Below are positions 38,793-49,900 of a stretch of DNA of 64,000 bases, one piece after another. Each line of letters starts with the position of its first letter. Position 1 is the first letter of the stretch. The notes beneath the pieces were generated by a model, which was not told the DNA's origin, made no database searches, and saw nothing but the letters and a program-made list of their open reading frames with translations. This DNA comes from Candidatus Latescibacterota bacterium. GTDB taxonomy: Bacteria > Latescibacterota > UBA2968 > SICM01. A program made the translations under genes and the position numbers. Where the stretch lies: contig CBDCJO010000002.1 of assembly GCA_965217865.1 (NCBI GenBank), positions 1,312,001 through 1,376,000 on the forward strand, given 5' to 3'.

Positions 38793-39515
38793 TTCTTTCC
38801 TGTAGTACTTACATCCCCGCATGAGCGGACACGACTCGCATCGCGGTTTCGGTTTGCAGGTGTTCTTCCCAAGGGCAACGATAAGCGCATGGTATTCATT
38901 GAACAGGCCAAGATCCCTAGGCAAAGCGGATTCGAACATACCCTGGAGATCGTCGTAGCTCGCATCAGCAGAAGACAGACCGAGGCGATGGAAAATTCGG
39001 CGCGTGTAAGCATCGACCACAAAGATCGGTTTCTGAAGGGCGTAGAGGAGGATGCTGTCCGCCGTCTCGGGGCCGATTCCATTCACCGCCAGCAATTCTT
39101 CCCGTAGGGCGCCGATTCCTCTCCGCCCCATCAGGTCCAGACTTCCCCCGTAGGTGTTCATGAAAAACGTCAGAAATGACCGGAGACGTCGGGTCTTCAC
39201 ATTAAAGAATCCCGACGGACGGAGATGCCCGGCGAGTTGGCCTGGATCGAGGCTCGCCAGCCTCTCCGGGTGTATCAGATCTCTCTCCTTCAGGTTTGCG
39301 ATGGCCTTCTCGACGTTCGTCCACGCAGTGTTTTGTGTGAGGATGGCCCCGACCACCACCTCGAAGGGGGTCTCCGCGGGCCACCAGTGCCTGGGTCCGA
39401 ACGTTTTGAAGAGTTCTTCATATATATTCAGGAGCCGGCGTCTTATCTGAGATTTCGGCACGGGCAACGGTTCTAACCTCCTTCCCTTGAGGGAAGGGGG
39501 AATCAAATTGACCAA
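38781..39515 (-). CDS. Endonuclease III-like HhH-GPD protein
   Basis: GAILTQNTAW, GIGPETADSILLY, VVDAYTRR, CKPKPRCESCPL. Confidence 0.92.
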   Translation of the reverse strand: MVNLIPPSLKGRRLEPLPVPKSQIRRRLLNIYEELFKTFGPRHWWPAETPFEVVVGAILTQNTAWTNVEKAIANLKERDLIHPERLASLDPGQLAGHLRPSGFFNVKTRRLRSFLTFFMNTYGGSLDLMGRRGIGALREELLAVNGIGPETADSILLYALQKPIFVVDAYTRRIFHRLGLSSADASYDDLQGMFESALPRDLGLFNEYHALIVALGKNTCKPKPRCESCPLMRGCKYYRKEIAK

Positions 39516-39530
39516 ACATCGGCACCCTGA

Positions 39531-41132
39531 TCAACCCGGGGAAGCCTTTGAGGCCGGAGCTTCGTCGGAGTCCTGAGCAGTCCCTGAATCGGATACTCCC
39601 CCCTGGGTGCCTTCAAGCTCCGTTGCCCGAGAGACATCCGTGGCGGGTTGCGCGGGCCCTGACGAAGACGGCATCTCACATCCTTTATTCGATTCGGAGG
39701 GACCTTTCTGGGATCGGGCGGGAACCAGATCCCCATTCACGCGGAGAAGGAGGTTCTCGTCTATGGGAAAGTATTTATCCGCCGCCTGGCTCAGGTCGCG
39801 TGCGGTATTGTGAAGGAACGAGTAGACCTCCACCTTGGGCCCGATGGTTTTTACAAGGTTCACCAGAGAAACAAAATCACCGTCACCGCTCACCAGGACC
39901 ACCACGTCGAGTTTTTCTGCCAGGTCCATGATGTCGATCGCCATGCCCATGTCCCAGTCCCCTTTGGCAGACCCATCGCTCCTGAGGCGAAGGTTCTTCC
40001 GTTTGACCTCATAGCTCTTCTGCTGAAGCATGGTGATGAAACCGCTCTGGTCGACCTCGGGAGATTGAACGACATATGCGATCGCTCGGATCAACCGACG
40101 CTTTTCCGTAGCCGAACGCAGGATTTTCTCGAAGTCGAGTCGGGCGTTAAACTGCTTTGCTGCGTAGAAAATGTTTTGAACATCGACGAAGATGCCCACC
40201 CTTTCGCCGTCTCCGTCCAAACGACGAGGTCTCTTTCCAGTCTCAACGAAATTTTGAATCGCCGATGGGAGCACGCGAACGGCCTCCCGTAAGTCCTCCA
40301 TGGCCTTCTTCACCTCGTTGCGTTCTCGACCGGTTTCAATAATCTCGCGTGTGACGAGGGATTTGATCTCCACGACCGTTTCGCTGAGGGCTTCCACAAA
40401 TCGATCGGGGCTTTCTTTTGATTGGGGGAAAGCCTCCAGCTTCTTTTCCAATTTTTCCAGGGAACCCTGGATCCTTCGATTTTCCCTGGCCAGCTGTTTA
40501 ATCGAAACGGATGTTGCATCCGGGCTTTCTGTGTTCTGTTGGACGGCATTTGCTTTTTTAAGGTCATCTGCTTGCTTTCTCTTCTCCGCTTCAACGACCT
40601 CCAATCGCTCGTGCCACGATTCGATTTCACGTTCCAATTTATCGTTTCTCTGGGCAAGTTCATCGATTCGCGCTTTTAAACAGACTTCCGTCAAGTTCGG
40701 GGCCGTCTTTTTGTCTTCTAAGGATTTTAATAGGGTCTGAGCGGATCGATTGACCTCCATTCGGCCGTCCGTCGCGAGCGCGTACAATATACGACCGGGC
40801 TTCTTTTCACGGATGAGTCGATCCCTGTCCGCAACCAGAGTTGTGATATGAGGGATGGTGTCCTCCCTGCAGTCCTTTACGACATCCCGGTTCGCAGCCT
40901 CGAGCGCTTCTGCAATTTTCAGGGCATTCTTTTCGTTTTTATAGAACGCTTCTACCAAATCCATAATCAAGCGTACTTTCTGCACGTTAACTTTGTCTTT
41001 CTTCTCGATTATGATCGAGCACGCCTTGCACAGCGCCACGGCAGATGTCTGATCCAGGGAATCATCGAGGACCCACATCATCATTTCAGGATTAATCGCC
41101 TTTGCGATATTTTCGTGCAGCGGTAGTTTCAT
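39531..41132 (-). CDS. NYN (LabA/DUF88, PIN-like) domain protein with long N-terminal helical/coiled-coil region
   Basis: IFVDVQN, KGDWDMGMAID, SGDGDF. Confidence 0.88.
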   Translation of the reverse strand: MKLPLHENIAKAINPEMMMWVLDDSLDQTSAVALCKACSIIIEKKDKVNVQKVRLIMDLVEAFYKNEKNALKIAEALEAANRDVVKDCREDTIPHITTLVADRDRLIREKKPGRILYALATDGRMEVNRSAQTLLKSLEDKKTAPNLTEVCLKARIDELAQRNDKLEREIESWHERLEVVEAEKRKQADDLKKANAVQQNTESPDATSVSIKQLARENRRIQGSLEKLEKKLEAFPQSKESPDRFVEALSETVVEIKSLVTREIIETGRERNEVKKAMEDLREAVRVLPSAIQNFVETGKRPRRLDGDGERVGIFVDVQNIFYAAKQFNARLDFEKILRSATEKRRLIRAIAYVVQSPEVDQSGFITMLQQKSYEVKRKNLRLRSDGSAKGDWDMGMAIDIMDLAEKLDVVVLVSGDGDFVSLVNLVKTIGPKVEVYSFLHNTARDLSQAADKYFPIDENLLLRVNGDLVPARSQKGPSESNKGCEMPSSSGPAQPATDVSRATELEGTQGGVSDSGTAQDSDEAPASKASPG

Positions 41133-41137
41133 AAACT

Positions 41138-41629
41138 TTACCCCTCCGGTTTTGATAGGAATTTTTCTTTAAGTTTTCTGGCAATGTAGGGTGGGACAAA
41201 TTGGTCAACCGACCCGCCGAATTGTGCTACCTGCCTGACGATCGTTGCGCTCAGATAGGCGTAATCGTTCCGGGTCATGAAAAAGACCGACTCGAATTCG
41301 TGATCGAGTTGCCGGTTGGTAAGTGCCATCTGGAATTCATATTCAAAATCGGTAACCGCCCTTAAGCCCCGGACCACAGTATGGACGCTGCGACGTCGGG
41401 CGTAATCCACCAGCAACCCATCGAAGTGGTCGACCTCGACCCCGGGCATTGTTTGGGTGACCTCCCGAATCATGCCCATTCTTTCCTCGACCGTGAAAAG
41501 CATCTGTTTCTGTTTGTTGGAAAGGATCGCCACGATCAGCCGGTCAAAAATCCGGCTTGCCCGTTCGATGATGTCGATATGCCCGTTGGTGACCGGGTCG
41601 AAACTCCCCGGATAAAGTGCGACATTCAT
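41138..41629 (-). CDS. coaD: Pantetheine-phosphate adenylyltransferase
   Basis: YPGSFDPVTNGH, RGLRAVTDFEYE. Confidence 0.97.
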   Translation of the reverse strand: MNVALYPGSFDPVTNGHIDIIERASRIFDRLIVAILSNKQKQMLFTVEERMGMIREVTQTMPGVEVDHFDGLLVDYARRRSVHTVVRGLRAVTDFEYEFQMALTNRQLDHEFESVFFMTRNDYAYLSATIVRQVAQFGGSVDQFVPPYIARKLKEKFLSKPEG

Positions 41630-41699
41630 AAAAATCTCCGTCACAAGGGAAGCCATCGGAATGACATCCGGTTTACAAGTAAAGGGTTTGGCCTTGATC

Positions 41700-42335
41700 T
41701 CATAAAACGCGATTCATCCAAAAATTAAGTTTTGTATCCCCGTATACGCGCTCGTCGATCCGGTCCAAACCCTCAATTTCAGGTGTCTGAAAATCCGACT
41801 CCGACTCCGCAACAACCAATCCGTCCACCGCGATCATTCCCATTTCAACGGCAAACAAAAGTGCGTCAAAGAGGAGCCCGGCTTTCCGGTATGGCGGGTC
41901 CATCAGGATCAGGTCGAAAGTCCGCCCCTCCGAATTAAGCTGTTTCGCCGCCTTCCGGTAGCCCAGCTTCCAGACCTCGGCGCGATTCCCCCTCCATGAT
42001 CTGGAAATACGATTACGGGAAGCGTGGGACCCTATGTCCCGGTCTTCCTTGCCCATCTCGCCTGGATCTTCAATCTCCCCGAGGTCGGCCAGATTCCTCA
42101 CCAGAGTGCGAACGGAACGGGGATCATCATCGACGAAAAGAACAGAAAGGGCTCCACGGCTCAAGGCCTCGATGCCGAGCGTCCCGGAGCCTGCGAACAG
42201 ATCAAGGACGCTGCTGCCGGTTACCTGTCGGCCGATGATATCGAAGAGAGACTTTCGTACCCGCTCCAAAGTCGGCCGTACCCCCTTCGCCGTGCGCAGG
42301 TTGCGGCCTCGGAACCGGCCAGATATCACACGCAT
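41700..42335 (-). CDS. rsmD: 16S rRNA m2G966 methyltransferase
   Basis: MRVISG, RPT, LDLFAGSG.LGIEALSRGA, DPPY; carries an internal insert of roughly 25-30 aa. Confidence 0.93.
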   Translation of the reverse strand: MRVISGRFRGRNLRTAKGVRPTLERVRKSLFDIIGRQVTGSSVLDLFAGSGTLGIEALSRGALSVLFVDDDPRSVRTLVRNLADLGEIEDPGEMGKEDRDIGSHASRNRISRSWRGNRAEVWKLGYRKAAKQLNSEGRTFDLILMDPPYRKAGLLFDALLFAVEMGMIAVDGLVVAESESDFQTPEIEGLDRIDERVYGDTKLNFWMNRVL

Positions 42336-43390
42336 AGTTGCCTGTACGCCGCCCCTGCACTGATCGCAAATCCTGTATTCCAGTCCAGGGTGGGGCGCTG
42401 ATCAAGCGGAAGGGATTGCGTATCCGCGCACGCAAACGAGTCGATAAACGCCACCGAAAAGCGATCCATCTCTTTCCAACACAGACTGATCTCTTCAACA
42501 ATCCTGGGGTCGCCCGAGAGCAGGACACGCCTGGACCGTGATCCACCTTCATTGCGTCGTTCCGGGACCAGTCCGAATGCGATTCGTCGTCCAAGGGTTC
42601 TGGCTGAGGCCTCAACGGTGCCTCCCTCGACCGGGTCCTTCCTGTCCTCGCTTTCCCCTTGCCGCAATTTCCACCCCCCTTGATCCAACCGGATCATTTC
42701 AACCCCGACCAAATCCGCACCGGAAACAGAAATGCACGTTGCCCACCGATCCCCGATGTGAACGGCAATCGTGGACATGGGGTGACTGCCCTCAAGCTGA
42801 TCGCCTCCCGCAGATGAAGGGGATGTCGGATTCGCTTCGCGTTTTCCGATAGCGTCCCCCCCCGGCTGAAGGTTCCCATTCGACGTCATCATACACGCAT
42901 AAAACAGAGTCAACGCATCGACTTCGAGGGATTTAATTCCAATATCAGCGGAATCGCAGACCTGACGAATGACCTCCACGACCCGTGTGCGAATGGCGAC
43001 AAGGAATGCCGTCCTCCCGAAAGGGTGATAATCGATCTTGAAATCACCCGGGGAATCCAGGAGATGCTGACCCGCTTCCCACATAACCTGTTCCCGTCTT
43101 TCATCCTCGGACGCCAATTCAAGAGGAATTCTCTTGATCACCGCGAAGTCTCCGCCCAGGGAGATTGAAACAGATTGGGGGTCAATGTCCGAACTTTCAA
43201 ACAACGCCTTCAGGGCTGCTCTGCTCTTCGACTGGGTTTCCTCATTCAGGAGCGCTTCGGCGCTCAGTTCTACGGGTAGGGGGGCCATCCCAATTCGCCA
43301 AAGCCGAATCAGTTCCTCGTCGCATCGAACCTCTACGGCGGTCAGGTTTCGCTCCCCAATGTGTAACCCGACTGATTTTGAGTTTTTCAT
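42326..43390 (-). CDS. Divergent PilM/FtsA-like actin-fold protein
   Basis: VGLHIG N-terminus, QVMWEAGQHL...IDY, LEVD, VHIG, LLSG, AGAA. Confidence 0.65.
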   Translation of the reverse strand: MKNSKSVGLHIGERNLTAVEVRCDEELIRLWRIGMAPLPVELSAEALLNEETQSKSRAALKALFESSDIDPQSVSISLGGDFAVIKRIPLELASEDERREQVMWEAGQHLLDSPGDFKIDYHPFGRTAFLVAIRTRVVEVIRQVCDSADIGIKSLEVDALTLFYACMMTSNGNLQPGGDAIGKREANPTSPSSAGGDQLEGSHPMSTIAVHIGDRWATCISVSGADLVGVEMIRLDQGGWKLRQGESEDRKDPVEGGTVEASARTLGRRIAFGLVPERRNEGGSRSRRVLLSGDPRIVEEISLCWKEMDRFSVAFIDSFACADTQSLPLDQRPTLDWNTGFAISAGAAYRQLCV

Positions 43391-43466
43391 GGCATTCGGC
43401 CGAACCCCATCCGAGACGGAGCCATGGGGAAGGATTAAAGATCCAGGTGTGGGTTCCCAGGGTCAT

Positions 43467-43886
43467 TCATCTTCTTTTCTCAACCCTTACGAAAGGCTTT
43501 AGTTTCTCCAGGGTCTTCTTCCCGATTCCCTTCACCTTTTCGAGTTCTTCAACGCGATCGAAGGGGCCGTTCTTCAGTCTGAATTCCACAATTCGTCCCG
43601 CAAGATGTGGACCGATCCCTGGAAGGCGCTCAAAATCCTCGGCAGAGGCGATGTTGAGTTCGATCGGGCTCCCCCCCGTGCGGCCCGAATCCGGGGTGGC
43701 GCCCTTCGTGTCGCCCCGCCCACGTCCCGCCGATTCTACATCCGGTGGGCTCACGGCATCTTTGACGACCCCGAAATCCTCTATACGATCCGGGTAGCGG
43801 TTCTTCAGGTAAGAGACAGCGGCTCCAACGCCCAGAGTCCCACACAGGATCAATACGATGATCTGTTCTTTACGATTTAAAAACAT
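43467..43886 (-). CDS. comEA: ComEA-like membrane-anchored helix-hairpin-helix DNA-binding protein
   Basis: N-terminal TM; LNIASAEDFERLPGIG...VKGIGKKT. Confidence 0.85.
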   Translation of the reverse strand: MFLNRKEQIIVLILCGTLGVGAAVSYLKNRYPDRIEDFGVVKDAVSPPDVESAGRGRGDTKGATPDSGRTGGSPIELNIASAEDFERLPGIGPHLAGRIVEFRLKNGPFDRVEELEKVKGIGKKTLEKLKPFVRVEKRR

Positions 43887-43946
43887 ACCGTCATATCCCC
43901 TCGACAGACACGATATCCCGGCCAGTCAATCACTACCCCTTGGCCA

Positions 43947-43984
43947 TCAATCTTCAATCTTCAATTATCTTCAATCTTCAATTG
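43947..43984. repeat. TCAATCT heptamer array overlapping the sprA stop
   Basis: TCAATCT TCAATCT TCAATTA TCT TCAATCT TCAATTG. Confidence 0.8.
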
Positions 43985-46900
43985 AACACGATATCCCCCT
44001 TAAAACCGAAATCCCAGACCTTCCGCGTTTGCTGTCGCAATTTGTCTTCCTGATTTTCGTGCCGGAGACGCATAGAGCCGGTGAAATTCTGGTTGAATCG
44101 GTAACTGGAGCTCAGACCGATGCTCCATTGATTGTCATCCTGCTGAACCGAAAACTTTTCGGATCCGGGAGGTGTCCGTTTGTTGAGGTTGGATCGCTGT
44201 GAGAATTCAAGCGTCAAATCGATGTTGCTCTTGAGGTTAAAGCGTTTCAGCAGACCTGCAGTTGGGCTGAAAGAGTACCGAAGGCTGGCTGTCATGTTGC
44301 GACCCTCTAACTGGGAGTTGCCCAAGACGGCTCGTACGGTGTCTCCCTCATTCGATTGAAAATCTACCTCCCTGGAAATTCGATCCGTTCGCTGGATGTT
44401 CATGTTGACCCGACCTTTCCACTGAAGATTCAAGGCGAACGGTTTAAAGTTCGTTTCCTCCTGGCGCTTCAAAACATTCCGGGGGCCGGTCCCACCTTCC
44501 CCTCGCCTGGTTTTATTCCGCTCGTAGCTCGCATCGGCGCTGGCGCTGGTGAAGATCCACCTCACCACCGGCATCCGGCCCAATGCCCCCCACGACGCAT
44601 TAACCGAAGGGAAGCGAGTCGTGATGTTGTGCAACTCGGGGCTGTTTGCTGAGTTGCCCGTACGTTTCTCCCGGGTATATTCATACCGGGAATTGACGCT
44701 CATTCCAAACGGCAGATTGACCCCCCCATCGCTCCTCATCTGATCGGTCGTGGAAAAAGCATCTATCCGCGTGACCCCTCGCGCCTCGGTTCGATCGACA
44801 TCGGTCGTGTCTGAAAAACCCAGTTGGTAGATGAGTCCCGGCCGACCCACCAGCCCGAAGAGGTTTGCCGTCTTTTTTCGGGAAGCCTGAAGCGAGACGT
44901 TCCTGAGGTTGCCCCCCATCTGACCAATCCAGCCGAGCACCGGGAATCCGCCTCCCCCCCGATCCTTTGACCGGTTGTTCGAAAGACCGGTTTTTGAATA
45001 ATACCGTCGACTGGACTTGCTCAGCTTTCGGAAAAGCGATGGCAGGTTCAGGTTGTAGCGAGCGCTGAGCTGGGAGTTCGTGTTGGCATCGCGGCCTCGT
45101 CGGCCCTGCACGCCCCGGGAAAATCCCGCCCCCCGGGGATCGTTGCTCTCGGCATATCGCGCATTGTAGGAGTAGCTCTGGTTAAACCACTTGATCTGGG
45201 TGATCGACAGGGATATGTCGGCGTTCTGTGTTCTGCCGACCTCCTTCCCGAATTGAAGGCCCTCCGGTTTGAACGCCCCCTGGAGATCCCGACGGATGCC
45301 GAGATTGTAACCGGTGGAGAGACTCCGGAAAGGGTTGAGCTTGGCCGTATAGGTCTCGCTCATATCGAAAGTCTCGGAGTTCGTGATGATCTGATTCGTG
45401 GTGTCCTTGCCCACGGCAGAGAAGGAGTTGGAATTACTGATATTCTGGTTGACGGTTGCGGAGTAACGGAGGACATTCGGAAGGTATTTGAATTCCAGCT
45501 TCTTGAGAGACTTCAGGGGCATCCAAGCCATGGGTCGGAAGGAACGCGGCTTTTTTGGTGCCAGGTTGTAATCGAACGAACCGCTGATGGACCGGTTATC
45601 CCCGTGTCTCCTCTGCGTAACGGCACCGCTCCGGCGGTCCTGTGTGTTGATCGACATCCGGCTCGTGACCCGGTCGAAGAAGAGGCGGGAGAGCAGACGG
45701 GGATTCTCCCTCGCCGGCTGTTTTCGGAAGGAGATACTCGTCTGCATACGGGATGAAATATCTGATTCATCCCTACGCTGTTCGGTGGTCAGGACGATGT
45801 CGGACCCCCTTCGGATGCGCGGCGTTTGGGTATTTCGATCGATCGATAAGGAGAAAGGCACGTTCAGTCCCCAGGAGGTCGGGAAAAAGCGTTCCAGATT
45901 GAACGTGTTCGACAGGGATACAGCGGTCTTGGCAACCCCGGTAGCTCGGGAGCGGAGATCCTGAAAGTCCCCGCCCTGATGTGAAAGGCCCAACCTCATA
46001 CGTCCGAAATCGGAAAGCTGCATGTCCACGTCAAGGTCCCCGGAGAAGGCACGCCTTTTCCGAATGTTGTCGACCCGCAGTTCGTCCACCCAGATTTCGT
46101 TCTGTCCGTTGCTGCCCGAAATGACCGTCTCTCCGCCGTTCCGAATCCCGATCGTAAAGGTTCGGATTCCCGAGAAGGCTGGGTTTCCCCGAACAATGTA
46201 GGTTTTTCGATTTGCTCCCAGGCCGACGGCCGCTTCCACTTCGTTCAATTCAGGTCGGTAGGTGAAATCGGACACCCCGGGAGGGACATCGCTCGAATCG
46301 ACCGCGACCGACCCCGCACTGTCCCTGGGCGCCGACCGGAGCCCAAACAGAACTCCCTTGATCTGTGACATCAGGGTCATGCTCACGTCGACTTCGTTCA
46401 GGGGATCCCAACCTTGATAGACCCGGGTTCGGTATTCGTAAAAATTGGACGTGTCCTGGGACCCCGTAGAAAACCTGAGGAACAGTTCGATCGGGCTCGG
46501 TCCGTTAAGGGTGTCCAAGGAAGCCGGAAACGTCAGAAAATTCGCGTTATTGTTCGGGTCCCCGTTTCCCCCGTGGACGTACATCTGCATCCTGGAGTAA
46601 TCAGTGTAGGTTTCCCCGGACGGGAAGACGCGGGTCGTCGAAACACCCTCCCCGAGGTGCAGCGCTCCGAACTGAAGGGCGAGTGAGGTTTCCGGAACCT
46701 TGATGCTGGGATTATCCACGTTTCGCTCCAGCTCCAATCCCGGCGGAGGATCGTAGAAAGCATCTCGTGCGGTATTTCGGGATGTGACCTTGATCGGATC
46801 CGAGCTCTGGGACTCGGAGAGCGGATTCTCCTGCCAGTCCGTGAGCGTGGCATAGACCTGGTAGATCTCCACTGTCGTCGTATCATCGTGTTCGACCCAG

Positions 46901-49900
46901 ATCCGGGCGAAGTCGATGGCAGTCGAAAGGTTGGGTTCCGGGCTGCCCACCTTTGTTCGGAAACGATCGTCCCGTAAGGGGATCCGGATAAGACGCCAGG
47001 GCCTGAGAGAGCCGTCCGATTCGGTCCCTTCCGCACGAAGCCCTTCCTCGAAATCGCTCGATAGATCAACCGAATATCGCCAGAAATCATTCCGCGTGTC
47101 CAGGATGCTGTTCCCGTTGATGTCCTCCGTGTCCGGAATCCCCGCCCGCTCCCCGTCTCGCAAACCGTTCCCCTCCAGCCCATTGATCCTTTCGTAGTCC
47201 GTACTCCGGCTCTCGTAAAACCAGTTGTCCCCGGATGGGTCGTCGGGTGTATCCAGGTCCGGGAAGGCCTCGGAGAACCTGGCCTGCTCTTCCGCATCGG
47301 TCATACCGTCCAGACCAATATCCTCTGACTCAGCCAGGATGTTGTCCCCGGTGGGAAATCCTTCAATCGGTATATCTTCGGTGTTGAGCCTCCCGTTGGG
47401 GCCTTCATCGAAAGGAAGCGTGAGGTCCTCAGAAATTTCCCCGATCTCCACGTTGAGCAGACCTTCATTCCCTCGCACCCAGATCTCGAGGAACTTGGAC
47501 CTCGAGAGGTCAAGCCCCCCCCGGGTGGACGTCTGGATGCCCCCCCACGACCTCCTGGGTTCGCCATCTTCCCATTGGGGCTCGTAACCCCTCGGTAGAT
47601 CTTCCAAAAATCCCGTCCGGCTCGGGGAGAATTTCAGGACCAGGATGTCGTCGATGTTCTGTTCGACCGTTATGTTTTCGGCACGATGCGGCTGAATATC
47701 GGTTATACGGACCCTCTCGAAGGGGTTATACCACACCAGTCTGGCCGGCGGGAGGTCTTTCCCAGGGTCGGAAGCCGTTGTCCAGGCCGCCCGGAAGATA
47801 GAAAGGGGAATGGTGTTGGCGCTCCCCTCGAAGTCGTCGATGTAGGCGGCCCCTCTTGTGTTGGGGTTCGGAAGGCTCTGGGCGATTTCGGTGTTGATCC
47901 GGAGTGCCGACGGGGTGTGGGCTTCAACGAGGGGTAAGCTGTTCACCAGGTCCGTCAGAAACTGCGGTCGGAACTCGAGCCTTGCGTTGGCATCCAGCAC
48001 CATGCTGCGGGAAGGCTCCTGTCCGACGCGCACCCGGCGGGAGGGGGTTGTCTGGTTGCTGTAGAGAAAAGTCAACCCCAGATAAGACTGCCCCTCCCCA
48101 CCCGATAGTTTGTGCTCCGCGCGAAAACCCAACAGACTCTTTTTCTGAGCCGCGAATCCAAACAGCGATTGGGAATCCCAGGAGATATCCAGGCTCGCGG
48201 AGGGGTTTGAGACCTCCGTGGCGACGGCCGGCTGGAAAGAGAGAGACCCGGTGACATAGTCTACCGTGTAATCCTGGAACCGCTTGAGAAGCCGTCCGTT
48301 CAACCGAACCTGCTCGCTGTTCGGGATCACGTCTCCAAAACCCAGGTTGAACTGGGTTTGCCTGCTCTGCGATTGGACCTCGAGAGAATACTGACTTTTT
48401 TCAGACCGGGTCGTTGGGTTCACCTCATCGTAGATCTCAGGGACCCGATTCTCCAGTTCGGGGCTCCCCACTCCCCGATCCCCGAACGGTTCGAGAAAAG
48501 GAAAAATCAGCTCCCCCCGAAGCAGGTCGACGATGTCCTCATCCAGGTCGATCAGGTTATCCGGCGGCGAGGAGGCGGTCTGTCCGTGCCGATCGATGCC
48601 CAGGATCTGAAGATAGGACTTGCCGTTCTGATGGTCCAGGGGCTCTTGCCCGGCCACGTCCCGGAATACTTTGATCGAGAAACCCGCCCGTTCCACATTC
48701 CTGCCCCCCAGGCTATAGACATTCTTCCACATCAGCCTCCACGTGGGAAAGGCGTTGGGATTGGCCGGAGTGGGGGGGCGCTGATTTCGGGCTTTGATAA
48801 GCTTAAACAGGGCGGCTTTGTCCCCCTGCACGACGAAGTTGACGTCGCCGAAGGTCTCACGGCCTTGGGTCTTATAAGCCACCCCGAGGGCCCAGAAGTC
48901 GCTGATCCGCTGTTTTAAGATGATATATCCATTCTGGAAAGCCTGAAACTCAGTCCGGTCGAGCTTGTGAAAAAGACCCGACTCCCGTCCACCCGTCTGG
49001 CCCGAGGTTTGGAGGGTATCTGCGGGGAAATTTTTCTGAGCATACGCATTGGCCACAGCCGAGATGGCTCGCCGCTCGATGTCGTTTCTCGGGTTGAAAT
49101 CATTGACGAAAACCTCTACGGATTCGTCGATGACGAGATCTCCGGGCGAAATCGTGCCCGATTGAAAAGCATCGCGGTAGGTATCATCCAGGAAGAAATA
49201 GGTGTTTTGGATATACTGGAAGTCCCGAATCCGATTAGAGCTCTCCTGAGACTGACCCCGGAATGTCTTCCGATTGGCCGAGCCCTTATCCTGACTCGTG
49301 ATGACCGTGAAGTCCAGCCCGCCTAGGGTCCCTTTCCCCCGAATTCCAAAGAGGCCCCCACGACCCTGGGAAAAACCCACGAGCCGGGTTCCAGGAAGGG
49401 AAAGTTGGGTGTTACCCGCTTCGATTTCCTGAATGATCGCGTCCTCCGGTCCTTTGTAAGAGAGCCTGAGTGAAGAAGCCAGGTCGTTGGGATTTCTGCT
49501 GTCCTGCTCCAGGTCTATCGTAATCCGGTCTCCGATCTGTCCTCGGACCTTGAACTCCGACTCCTGTTCGAAGTTGATCGTCGGAAATCGGGACCTCTGG
49601 TTTGCGACGGACTGGACCTGACCCACGATGTAGTCGCTCCTGCCCGAAAAGATGATCGACCTCCTGCCCGTAATCTCGATCTGCGTCGCCCCTTCACCCG
49701 TGATTGCGCTCAAGCCCTTTGGAATCGAGACGGGGATCGTGACATTCAGCAGGCCCCCGGTCTGTCCGGTCAGGTCCGCTTCATGTTTAACGAAGTAATC
49801 CACGAAAGCTTCTTTTCGATTCTCTTTCAACTTCACGGTAATAAAATCACCCATATCGATCATGATGGGCAGGCCGTAGCGTTCACCCGCAAGGGTTGAG

